From Chthoniobacteraceae bacterium (GTDB taxonomy: Bacteria; Verrucomicrobiota; Verrucomicrobiia; Chthoniobacterales; Chthoniobacteraceae), in assembly GCA_037190965.1 (NCBI GenBank), contig JBBCKI010000014.1:1-26418 (forward strand): a stretch of 26,418 bases of DNA, read 5' to 3'. Position 1 is the first letter of the stretch. Every line of letters starts with the position of its first letter. This document shows, in pieces, positions 8,626-16,517 of the stretch. A program made the position numbers and the translations under genes. The notes under the pieces were generated by a model. The model saw nothing but the letters and a program-made list of their open reading frames with translations. It had not been told where the DNA came from and did no database searches.

Positions 8626-9458
8626 GCGAAAACGCCCCCAGCGCCGAGGCGATCACCCGCGCGAGCAAAAGTAATCTCGCGCTTGCGTTCATCGCGCTCT
8701 CGCCAGAGCGGCGCCGGGCGATCACCACGTTTTATGCGTTCTGCCGGGTGATCGACGACATCGCCGATGAACCGGCCCTCCCTCCTCTCGAAAAGGAACG
8801 ACAACTTAACGCCTGGAAGCGAGCGATCTTCGAATCCTTCGAGGGCGAGCCGCCGCTCTCCCCGGAAGTCCGCCAACTCATCGCCGACTACCGGCTGCGC
8901 GAAAACTGGCTTCTGGAGATCATTCACGGCTGCGAGATGGATTTGCAGCCGGTCCGCTACGCGACCTTTGAGGATCTGCGTCTATACTGCTACCGGGTCG
9001 CCAGCGTCGTGGGGCTGGTGAGCATCGAGATCTTCGGCTACCGCAATCCCGGCACCCGGCGTTACGCGGTCGAGCTCGGATACGCCCTCCAATTGACCAA
9101 CATCATTCGCGACGTGGCCAAGGACCTCGCCAACGACGGGCGCATTTATCTGCCGCAGGAAGATCTGATCCGCTTCGGAGTGACCCCGGAGGACCTCACG
9201 GAACGCAAGGGCGGGCCGCGATTCGAAGAACTCATGGCGTTCCAGGCCGCGCGCGCGGAGGAGTTTTATGCCCGGGCGGTGGCGGAATTGCCGCCCGAGG
9301 ATCGCCGTTCCATGGCCGCCGCCGAGATCATGCGGCGCGTCTATCACAAGCTCCTCAAGCGGATCGAGCGCGACCGGTTCCGCGTCTTCGACCGCTTCCA
9401 TCGCCTCAGCAAGCTGGAGAAGATGACTATTGTGGCCCGGGTACTGCTTTTTGGATAA
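8622..9458 (+). CDS. hpnD: Presqualene diphosphate/phytoene synthase family (HpnD/CrtB-like)
   Basis: FYAFCRVIDDIADE, GCEMDL, LYCYRVASVVG, LGYALQLTNIIRDVAKD, GRIYLPQED. GTGA overlap with the upstream stop. The hpnD rather than crtB assignment is an inference. Confidence 0.85.
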   Translation: MSENAPSAEAITRASKSNLALAFIALSPERRRAITTFYAFCRVIDDIADEPALPPLEKERQLNAWKRAIFESFEGEPPLSPEVRQLIADYRLRENWLLEIIHGCEMDLQPVRYATFEDLRLYCYRVASVVGLVSIEIFGYRNPGTRRYAVELGYALQLTNIIRDVAKDLANDGRIYLPQEDLIRFGVTPEDLTERKGGPRFEELMAFQAARAEEFYARAVAELPPEDRRSMAAAEIMRRVYHKLLKRIERDRFRVFDRFHRLSKLEKMTIVARVLLFG

Positions 9459-9462
9459 TGTA

Positions 9463-9634
9463 TAGCGTTTCTCGAAAATAATTTCCGGAAGGCAATGGGA
9501 GCGCCGTGGCTTCTGGAGCAAGGAGCAAAGCGCAGTGGTTGGGGCCGCAGTGCCCTACCCAAGCTTGGCGACGCCGCGCCAGAGGCCGCGCCGCCCCAGT
9601 GCCGCCGGAAAGGATTTTTGAGAGACGCTCTAGA
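9463..9634. mobile_element. Palindromic MITE-like repeat, copy 1 (172 bp)
   Basis: Near-identical to 17598..17770. Terminal inverted repeats AGCGTTTCTCGAAAATAATTTCCGG / CCGGAAAGGATTTTTGAGAGACGCT match at 21/25. The internal arms are also complementary. No coding capacity. Confidence 0.85.
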
Positions 9635-9728
9635 AGAGACACGCTCAACCCCACACCAAAACCCGTTACTATTGATGGTTCACTTGACAAATGGCCCATC
9701 GATTGGAACGTCAATACACCCATTCCCA

Positions 9729-10142
9729 ATGAACAAGATCCCCACCCTCGCAATGGCCGGCCTCGCGCTGGTTTCGATGACATTTACAGGCTGCGAAACG
9801 CCCGGACAGGGCGCAAAGCATGGAGCCATTGCCGGAGCGGTGGTCGGAGCGATCGCAGGCGGCGACGTCCGCAGCGCGGCCATCGGCGCTGGAGCCGGCG
9901 CGGCCACGGGCGCCCTTGTCGGCAAAGCCCGGCAGGAGGAACGCCGCCGTAGCTACCCGGGCTATGAGGAAGACCGCGCCTACGGCGCTGGTTACGCCCC
10001 GGAATACCCGGTGGCCCGCCGCTCGGAGCCGGGCTACGTCATCAGCCCCTACAAACCTTATGCGATTATCGATGTGCGGGGAATCCGCCACGGCTCTCGC
10101 GTGGTAGATCCCGTGACCAATCGCGTCTTCATCAATCCCTAG
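9729..10142 (+). CDS. Glycine-zipper lipoprotein
   Basis: Lipoprotein-type signal MNKIPTLAMAGLALVSMTFTG-C, followed by a glycine zipper GAIAGAVVGAIAG..AAIGAGAGAATGALVG. Start trimmed from 9495 because that extension reads through the repeat. Confidence 0.85.
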   Translation: MNKIPTLAMAGLALVSMTFTGCETPGQGAKHGAIAGAVVGAIAGGDVRSAAIGAGAGAATGALVGKARQEERRRSYPGYEEDRAYGAGYAPEYPVARRSEPGYVISPYKPYAIIDVRGIRHGSRVVDPVTNRVFINP

Positions 10143-10179
10143 TTATTCGGGAACTCCCGAAAAGGATTCACTTTATCAG

Positions 10180-10215
10180 ACCGCCGTTCCCGAAAGGGAA
10201 CGGCGGTTCTGTTTT
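10180..10215. terminator. Intrinsic terminator, possibly bidirectional
   Basis: Perfect 12-bp stem ACCGCCGTTCCC-GAAA-GGGAACGGCGGT followed by TCTGTTTT, between convergent genes. Confidence 0.85.
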
Positions 10216-10236
10216 CCAAGGCTGCTCACTGACTAG

Positions 10237-12147
10237 TCACAGCTTCCACCCGAAAATCGCCCGGCCCGATCTGAGCCAGAGCGCCACTGCGAAGATCATC
10301 CCAAAGAACACCAGCAGCAGGTTCCGGTAGGTGATAAACACCGGGTTGGGCGTGATGGAAAAGAACACCGGTGGGGAGGGCTTGGAAACCCGCCCGTCAG
10401 GCAAAAGCGAAATCACCTGCATCGTCGCAGCCCCTCCGGCGGGAATTCCTGTAATGAGAGCCGTCACCCGTTCGGCCGTCTTGGTGAGCTTGACCGACGG
10501 TACCGGAACCCAATCCGCTTTCAAAAAGCCGTCCGCACCGAGACTCAGCCTGCGGCCTTCGATTCGGTAGTCGATTCCAGAATCAGCAATCGACGCCCAC
10601 TCCAGTTCGACGGAACTGCGGGTCATCCTGCCTACTTTCACCTTTTCCACTGCGGGAACTTCCGGATCTCCAGCTTGGCCGCTCTGGCTCTTGGACATTT
10701 TCTGTTGAGGGTCCTGAACCGGAGCCGCAGGATTCTTGGCCGCCGCCGGAAGAGATGCGGCCGCCTGAGCGCGGCGCGAAACGACCTCCGCACTGAGGGG
10801 AACTTCGATCACGCTGCCCGCCGTCTGAATTCTGGCCGGCCCGGAGAGTGTGCCCGGCCAGGCGGCGCTGACGGTAACAGCCAGTTCAACGCTCTGGCCC
10901 GGATCGAGAGTGAACCGGTCCGGGGAGACCTGGAACGCTGGCGGAACCGACGCGACGACGTTGGCCGTCGTGCCTCCCCGGTTTTCAACCTTCAGGGGCA
11001 ATTCCTGGACGCGTCCGGTTTCCACTTTCCCGAATGAAACCTTTTCCACGGCAGCCAGGCGCGCGGGGGCCCCCGGGGCGCTCACACGGACTTTCCGGAC
11101 CACTTGCCCATCATGAAACTCGACGTGCGTTTTGATTCCCGCCAGGTCGTCTTCGCCCAGGCTAATCTCCAACGCGACGCTTTCCCCCGCCGGAACCAGC
11201 ACCTCGGCAGGCAACTTGAGCCGTGAATCGGCCTTGATGCTCAGGGTCTGCTCCTTGGCGGTCCGGTTGGTGACTTTGAAGGCCCCCGCACGAACGAAGT
11301 TCTCCTTGTTGCCGACGAGATCGAGTTCAAACGGATCAATCCGGAACGGATCTACCGCCATTGCTTCCAACACGATGCCCATTGCCGGGCGTGGCTCGGG
11401 AAGAATCAGTCGCCCACGGTACTCCTGCTGCGAGTCCGGGCTGAAAGTGACCTTGAACTCTGCCTCTTCTCCCCGGCCCAACCGGTAGCGGGAAGGCTCG
11501 ATTTTCCAGGGAGCATCGATCTCGAACTCCCCGCCTACCACTCCCCCGCCCCGATTGGCGATGATGATCTTGCGGCTCAGGGTGGACCCGACGACGACAT
11601 CGCCAAAAGAGATCCGTTCGGGAGCCGCGATCGCAGGAGGAGGCTCCACGATTTTAATCGTGACCTCCGCGGCGGCCGAGGTGCCGTTATCATCCTGCGC
11701 GGCATATGAAAACTGATCGAGGAGATCTCCCTCCATTGAGGCCGTCAAAGGCGCGGTGTGCCGATAGACGACGGTGGAAACGGCGTTCTCCCCCCCTTTG
11801 ATTTCGGAAACTTCGCCCTGCTTTGGCTTGCTGCGGAGAAGATAGCGCACGTGGCGCCCACGCCATCCATAAACCCGCAGTGGAATCTGAACGGTGCCGC
11901 CGGGAGCGACCTCCACCGTCAGGGCAACCGCCTGAGGCGGAAGCGCGCCGACGTCCTTGCGCTTCTTCTTCGGCAATTCGGGGATATTCAATTCTCCGTG
12001 CGCCATAGGGGCGGTCGGAACCAAAAAAAAGAGCAAAGCGATCCCTGCGACAGCGCGCCAAGGCCGCCGGCGTACACAAGATGAAAAGATATTTCGATTG
12101 ATCGTCAGAAGGGGTGTTATTAAGAAACACAGAGTCCGCCACTGCAA
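10237..12147 (-). CDS. Membrane-anchored multi Ig-like domain protein (cadherin-like/Big domain, about three ASH/choice-of-anchor-D-like domains, FN3-like domain, C-terminal TM)
   Basis: Signal-like RRRPWRAVAGIALLFFLV, DQFSYAAQDDNGTSAAAEVTI, ISFGDV..IANRGG..VTFSP, VSFGKV..VENRGG, SSVELEW..YRIEGR, C-terminal hydrophobic helix followed by R. The true start is probably downstream of the TTG at 12147. Confidence 0.8.
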   Translation of the reverse strand: MQWRTLCFLITPLLTINRNIFSSCVRRRPWRAVAGIALLFFLVPTAPMAHGELNIPELPKKKRKDVGALPPQAVALTVEVAPGGTVQIPLRVYGWRGRHVRYLLRSKPKQGEVSEIKGGENAVSTVVYRHTAPLTASMEGDLLDQFSYAAQDDNGTSAAAEVTIKIVEPPPAIAAPERISFGDVVVGSTLSRKIIIANRGGGVVGGEFEIDAPWKIEPSRYRLGRGEEAEFKVTFSPDSQQEYRGRLILPEPRPAMGIVLEAMAVDPFRIDPFELDLVGNKENFVRAGAFKVTNRTAKEQTLSIKADSRLKLPAEVLVPAGESVALEISLGEDDLAGIKTHVEFHDGQVVRKVRVSAPGAPARLAAVEKVSFGKVETGRVQELPLKVENRGGTTANVVASVPPAFQVSPDRFTLDPGQSVELAVTVSAAWPGTLSGPARIQTAGSVIEVPLSAEVVSRRAQAAASLPAAAKNPAAPVQDPQQKMSKSQSGQAGDPEVPAVEKVKVGRMTRSSVELEWASIADSGIDYRIEGRRLSLGADGFLKADWVPVPSVKLTKTAERVTALITGIPAGGAATMQVISLLPDGRVSKPSPPVFFSITPNPVFITYRNLLLVFFGMIFAVALWLRSGRAIFGWKL

Positions 12148-12773
12148 TGAGATTCCCCTTTTTCAGAATATTCCCGTGCAGTGGCGCTATGTTGGCTGTT
12201 GGATGGATCATCGCCGGAGCATGGCTCGCAGGAGGATCCGCTTCCTTGCTCGCGCAAACCCCGCAGGCTCCCATGAAGAAAGCGAGCGAATCGATCCGCA
12301 AGCAGGAGCCCGCTAAAATCACGCACCCGGTGCTCGAACGGCTAACGCCGGAGAACGCCAGCATCCTGGTCGTCCTGAGTCTCCAGCGGGCTTATTTGAT
12401 GATCGGAGACGAAATTGCCATCGACACCCCGGTCTCCACCGGCAAACGGGCAGGAATGACCCCCACCGGCAAATTCGCCGTGCAGGAAAAAGACGCCGAT
12501 CACCGCTCCAATCTCTATGGCGACTTCGTGGACAGCCGGGGGCGCGTCGTGCGGGCCGGGGTCAGCTCGCGAATCGACTCCGCCCCCAGCGGCACCCGTT
12601 TTGAAGGTGCGCCGATGAAGTGGTTCCTGCGGGTCAACGGAGCCGTCGGGATGCATGTCGGGATCCTCCCGGGCTACCCCGCCTCCCATGGTTGTATCCG
12701 GATGCCCTCCGACATTGCCCCGCTCTTTTACAAAAAGGTTAAGCTCGGGACCCCCGTGGAAATCGTCCCTTAA
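12147..12773 (+). CDS. L,D-transpeptidase (YkuD/ErfK family)
   Basis: IDTPVSTGK..TPTGKF, APMKWFLR, MHVGILPGYPASHGCIRMP, VKLGTPVEI, plus a signal peptide. Start is ATG 12147 or 12189. Confidence 0.92.
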   Translation: MRFPFFRIFPCSGAMLAVGWIIAGAWLAGGSASLLAQTPQAPMKKASESIRKQEPAKITHPVLERLTPENASILVVLSLQRAYLMIGDEIAIDTPVSTGKRAGMTPTGKFAVQEKDADHRSNLYGDFVDSRGRVVRAGVSSRIDSAPSGTRFEGAPMKWFLRVNGAVGMHVGILPGYPASHGCIRMPSDIAPLFYKKVKLGTPVEIVP

Positions 12774-12824
12774 GCCCCTCCCAGCCCCCATCTTTTCCGG
12801 TCTCCGGTTTTCGATTTCTCTTGT

Positions 12825-12853
12825 TTGACACCCTTGGGACCGGGTGATATTTT
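12825..12853 (+). promoter_or_regulatory. sigma70-type promoter for HNH-bcp
   Basis: TTGACA (12825-30), 17-bp spacer, TATTTT (12848-53) preceded by TGn (extended -10). Confidence 0.6.
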
Positions 12854-13512
12854 CGCCCATCTTCGACGGGAACACTTCACTCCTAGACCGCCAGGTGTTG
12901 GTGCTGAATCGACTGTGGCAAGCAGTCAATGTCACCACCGTTCGCAGGGCTTTTGTCCTTCTCTTTCAAGGGCACGCGCAGATTGTCTCCGCGAATGGAG
13001 GCAATAATTACGCCACGCACGACTTCGATAGCTGGCGCGATTTTTCCAGCCGCGAGCCGGAGTCCGAGATGGTGCACACGATCTCCTTCAGGGTCCGCAT
13101 CCCCCGCATCATTGTGCTCCTGATGTTCGATCGCCTGCCGAAAAAGGAGATCAAGTTCACCCGGCACAACATTTTTGAGCGGGACAAAAACACCTGCCAG
13201 TATTGCGCCCGCGTCTTTGACCGCAAGGAGTTGAACCTCGATCATGTCCTGCCTCGCGACAAGGGAGGCAAGACCACCTGGGAAAACATTGTCTGCTCCT
13301 GCATTCGCTGCAATACCCGGAAGGCCAACCGTCTGCCTCATGAGGCGGGGATGCGCCTCATCAAAATCCCGGAACGCCCCAAATGGAGGCCCTTCCTCCA
13401 GTTTACGTTCCATGGCCATCGCAACGGGCACGGCCACACGCATGGCCATGGGGACTGGAAACATTTTCTCGACGTGGCTTACTGGAACGTGGAGCTTGGC
13501 GACGACTCATGA
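12844..13512 (+). CDS. HNH endonuclease (McrA-like, zinc-finger type)
   Basis: VLVLNRLWQAV, FTRHNIFERDKNTCQYC, LNLDHVLPRDKGGKTTWENIVCSCIRCNTRK. Start uncertain, possibly GTG 12895. Confidence 0.92.
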   Translation: MIFSPIFDGNTSLLDRQVLVLNRLWQAVNVTTVRRAFVLLFQGHAQIVSANGGNNYATHDFDSWRDFSSREPESEMVHTISFRVRIPRIIVLLMFDRLPKKEIKFTRHNIFERDKNTCQYCARVFDRKELNLDHVLPRDKGGKTTWENIVCSCIRCNTRKANRLPHEAGMRLIKIPERPKWRPFLQFTFHGHRNGHGHTHGHGDWKHFLDVAYWNVELGDDS

Positions 13513-14021
13513 AAAAACTCCTTATGCTTCTGACGCTTCTTTCGTGGTTCGGACTTCGCGCGGGCAATGCCCTGGAGGTTGGCGAAGCGGTTCCCGATGT
13601 GACGGGAACCAATCAGCAAGCAAAGCCGGTTGTCCTAAAGGAAGTAGCAGCCACCGGTTACACGCTGGTCTATTTTTACCCGAAAGCGGACACCGGTGGC
13701 TGCACCGCCCAGGCATGCAGCCTGCGGGACGCCTACGAAGAACTCAAAAGCGCGGGAGTGCGCGTCTTCGGAGTGAGCACCGACACCACGGAGAGCCAGC
13801 TCAAATTCCAGGAGAAATACAACCTCCCCTTCGAACTCCTCGCCGATCCAGACGGCAAAGTGGTCGATGCCTTCGGCGTTCCCCGCCTGAAAGGCTACGC
13901 CGCCCGGCAGGCTTATCTTTTCAAGGACGGCAAACTCGTCTGGCGCGACCTCAAAGCATCCACCGCCAAACAGGCCGAGGATGTCTTGAAGGTGATCAAC
14001 GCTTCTCCCGAGGCGAAGTAG
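13509..14021 (+). CDS. bcp: Peroxiredoxin BCP/PrxQ with signal peptide
   Basis: LVYFYPKADTGGCTAQACSLRD, GVSTD, LPFELLAD. ATG 13509 overlaps the HNH stop. Signal peptide MKKLLMLLTLLSWFGL. Confidence 0.92.
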   Translation: MKKLLMLLTLLSWFGLRAGNALEVGEAVPDVTGTNQQAKPVVLKEVAATGYTLVYFYPKADTGGCTAQACSLRDAYEELKSAGVRVFGVSTDTTESQLKFQEKYNLPFELLADPDGKVVDAFGVPRLKGYAARQAYLFKDGKLVWRDLKASTAKQAEDVLKVINASPEAK

Positions 14022-14047
14022 AGGGGGCCGTTGTACCCTTTCGGCAA

Positions 14048-15226
14048 CTACTCCCGCAAAGCCCGAGCTGAAACTGAGACGCCAACAAGAAGAACGGCGA
14101 TCAGCAGGAAGGCGATCGAGAGGCTGGTGAGATCGGCGACGAAACCGATGGCGGCGGGTCCCATGAGCATCCCCAGGTAACCGAGAGTGGTGATGGCGGG
14201 GACGGCGGTGCTTTCGGGCATTTCGCTGTGACGCCCGACAAGGCTGAACATGATTGGGGCAAGGTTCGAGCAGCCAATCCCGAAGATGGCCCAGCCGATG
14301 AGGCTTGTTTGCCAATGCGGGATGGAAATGGAGAGAAGAATTCCCAACACCGCGATGATTCCACCCGCGGCGGTGGTGCGAATCTCACCGAATCGTTTGA
14401 CGATTCGCCCGCCAAGAAGACGGCAGGTGGTCATCGTAATGGCAAAGGTGACATAGGCGATCCCGGCTTGGCTTGGAGCAACATCCCGTGTGGAAACGAG
14501 AAAAACGGCGCTCCAATCGAGCACAAACCCTTCTGCCATAAAAGCGATGAGGCACATGATTCCAAGAAAAAGGACATAACCTCTTGGCATCGCGAAGGCG
14601 GGGCCGCTGCTCCTGCTCCCGCTTCCCCCGCTTCCGTAAGGAAGAAGACGCGAAAAGGCGGCTGCGAGGGCTGCGACAATGAGCGCGGCAAGAAAGAGAG
14701 TGATCCCCGCCGGGGGAAATCCGAGACTCAGCAGCCCGGCAACGAGAAGCGCGCCCAGAATGCCCCCGAGGCTAAAGAGACCGTGAAAGGTGGACATCAT
14801 CGGACGTCCATTCGCCTTTTCCAGAATGATGCCTTGAACGTTCATGCTGACATCGAGCGAGCCGATACCCGCCCCAAAGAGGAGGAGAGCGACGACGAGG
14901 AGCGGAAAGCTGGAGAGGAAAGCAAGAAGCGGAAGAGTGACCGCCACAAGGAGAATGGAGGCTGCGATCACCGAGCGGCATCCCCATCGACTGCAAAGAG
15001 CCCCCGCAAGCGTCATCGTGAGAAGCGAACCTGCGCCAAGACAAAGCAGAAGCAGCCCCAAGGTCGCTTCCGAAAGAGCGGCCCTCTCCTTTGCAAACGG
15101 AACCAGCGGTGCCCACGAAGCCAGTCCCAAACCACCGATGAGAAACACAATAGAGGTGGCAAGTTGCTCCGGTTTTCCCGGGAGGCGCTGAGTTACCAAG
15201 TTTGCTTCCAAAGAAGGCTGAATCAT
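14048..15226 (-). CDS. MFS transporter
   Basis: About 12 TM segments. SWAPLVP, DVSMNVQG, MSTFHGLFSLG, AEGFVLDWSAVFL, GPAAIGFVAD. Start ATG 15226 (or TTG 15241). Confidence 0.92.
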   Translation of the reverse strand: MIQPSLEANLVTQRLPGKPEQLATSIVFLIGGLGLASWAPLVPFAKERAALSEATLGLLLLCLGAGSLLTMTLAGALCSRWGCRSVIAASILLVAVTLPLLAFLSSFPLLVVALLLFGAGIGSLDVSMNVQGIILEKANGRPMMSTFHGLFSLGGILGALLVAGLLSLGFPPAGITLFLAALIVAALAAAFSRLLPYGSGGSGSRSSGPAFAMPRGYVLFLGIMCLIAFMAEGFVLDWSAVFLVSTRDVAPSQAGIAYVTFAITMTTCRLLGGRIVKRFGEIRTTAAGGIIAVLGILLSISIPHWQTSLIGWAIFGIGCSNLAPIMFSLVGRHSEMPESTAVPAITTLGYLGMLMGPAAIGFVADLTSLSIAFLLIAVLLVGVSVSARALRE

Positions 15227-15300
15227 ATCTGTGGGTGCCAAGAAATCTCCTTCGTGGGCTACGTCAACTTTTTTACCAGAGGTGAGTGACTGAAAAGCGC

Positions 15301-15448
15301 AGGTAGCCCGCTCTCGCCGAGAGCGCGGGATGGGTTTACGAGGCGATGTTTGGCATCCATCCCCGCAGGACGGATTGATGGGATGCGGCCCTCATCAAGC
15401 CATGGGAGCCGATACCCGCGCTCGACGGCGCGAGCGTGCCTACCGGTG
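15301..15448. repeat. REPIN-like element (inverted GTAG-type REP doublet), copy 1
   Basis: Ends are GGTAGCCCGCTCTCGCCGAGAGCGCGGG and CCCGCGCTCGACGGCGCGAGCGTGCCTACC. The whole element is homologous to the reverse complement of 18631..18766. Confidence 0.85.
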
Positions 15449-15583
15449 TTGCCGCACCGACTGGTTTTGGTGGCCCTCCAAGCCATTCCAATGAAAACAG
15501 CAAAGAAACCCCATAAATAGACCTACCAGGCAGCAAAAGAAATTGTCGCTCCACCGTTTCTCGCGGAGAATCGCTACCTTTCC

Positions 15584-16492
15584 ATGAACCGCTGGATTTC
15601 TCCCGACCTTTTGTCTGCCTTTGAAGGGCAGCAGACCACCGCACATCGCCTCTACACTTCGGAGGAGGCCTGGGTGGAGCGGCTTGGAGGGGACATCCTC
15701 ATTTCGCACAAGACCGACATCGCCCGCGATCAGGCGCAGGAAGAAGTTCGCGAATGGGCGGAACGCACAGGGTTCGAGATCGGGCGAATCTTTGCCCGCT
15801 TCCTTCCCCGGCAAAATGCGGAGCGGGTCTCCCCCATCCTGCTGGAAGGTGATCCCGAAGCCTCCCTGATTTCCACCGTTACCGAAAACGGCGTCCGCTA
15901 CGGCGTTGATTTTGGAGCGGGATACTCGGCGGGGCTCTTTATCGATCAACGCGCCAACCGGGCGCATATTCGGCGACTCGCGCCCAAGCGGCTCCTCAAT
16001 ACCTTCGCCTACACCTGCTCTTTCTCCGTCGTCTCCGCGCTGGCGGGCGGGGAGACACTCAGCGTGGACCTCTCCAAGAAATCGCTCGACCGGGGGCGGG
16101 AGAACTTTGCCCTCAACGCCATTCCGGAAACCGGCCACCGCTTCATCGCCGACGACGTCCTCGATGTTCTGCCCCGGCTGGAACGGCGAGGAGAGAAGTT
16201 CGACGCGATCATCCTCGATCCTCCCACCTTCTCACGGGGCAACCGGGGCCGCCGCTGGCAGGTGGAGCGCGATCTGGAAGACCTCGTCCTCGCCGCCTTC
16301 GCACTCGCCGCTCCGGGCGCGTCGATCCTCGTCTCCACCAATTGCACGAAAATCGACCGTCGCACTCTGGAGGCCATCGCTCGATTCGCACTCAAAACGA
16401 ACCGAATGGGGGGCGATCTTCATCAGGAACCGGGATTACCCGATTTTCCGCACGGTCATGGCGCGCAAACGCTTTGGATTCGCCTGAAATAA
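15584..16492 (+). CDS. Class I SAM-dependent methyltransferase, RlmI/RlmK-like
   Basis: VTENGVRYGVDF..GYSAGLFIDQRANR, LLNTFAYTCSFSV, SVDLSK, FDAIILDPPTFSR. Confidence 0.9.
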   Translation: MNRWISPDLLSAFEGQQTTAHRLYTSEEAWVERLGGDILISHKTDIARDQAQEEVREWAERTGFEIGRIFARFLPRQNAERVSPILLEGDPEASLISTVTENGVRYGVDFGAGYSAGLFIDQRANRAHIRRLAPKRLLNTFAYTCSFSVVSALAGGETLSVDLSKKSLDRGRENFALNAIPETGHRFIADDVLDVLPRLERRGEKFDAIILDPPTFSRGNRGRRWQVERDLEDLVLAAFALAAPGASILVSTNCTKIDRRTLEAIARFALKTNRMGGDLHQEPGLPDFPHGHGAQTLWIRLK

Positions 16493-16517
16493 ACCACAGC
16501 CATACGCGACGGGCTGC

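Noticed and set aside
9495..9728. N-terminal extension of the lipoprotein, sharing LPKL.DAAPEAAPPQCRRKGFLRDALE with ORF 17670..18083
   Set aside because: The shared peptide is just the translated repeat. The signal peptide starts at 9729.
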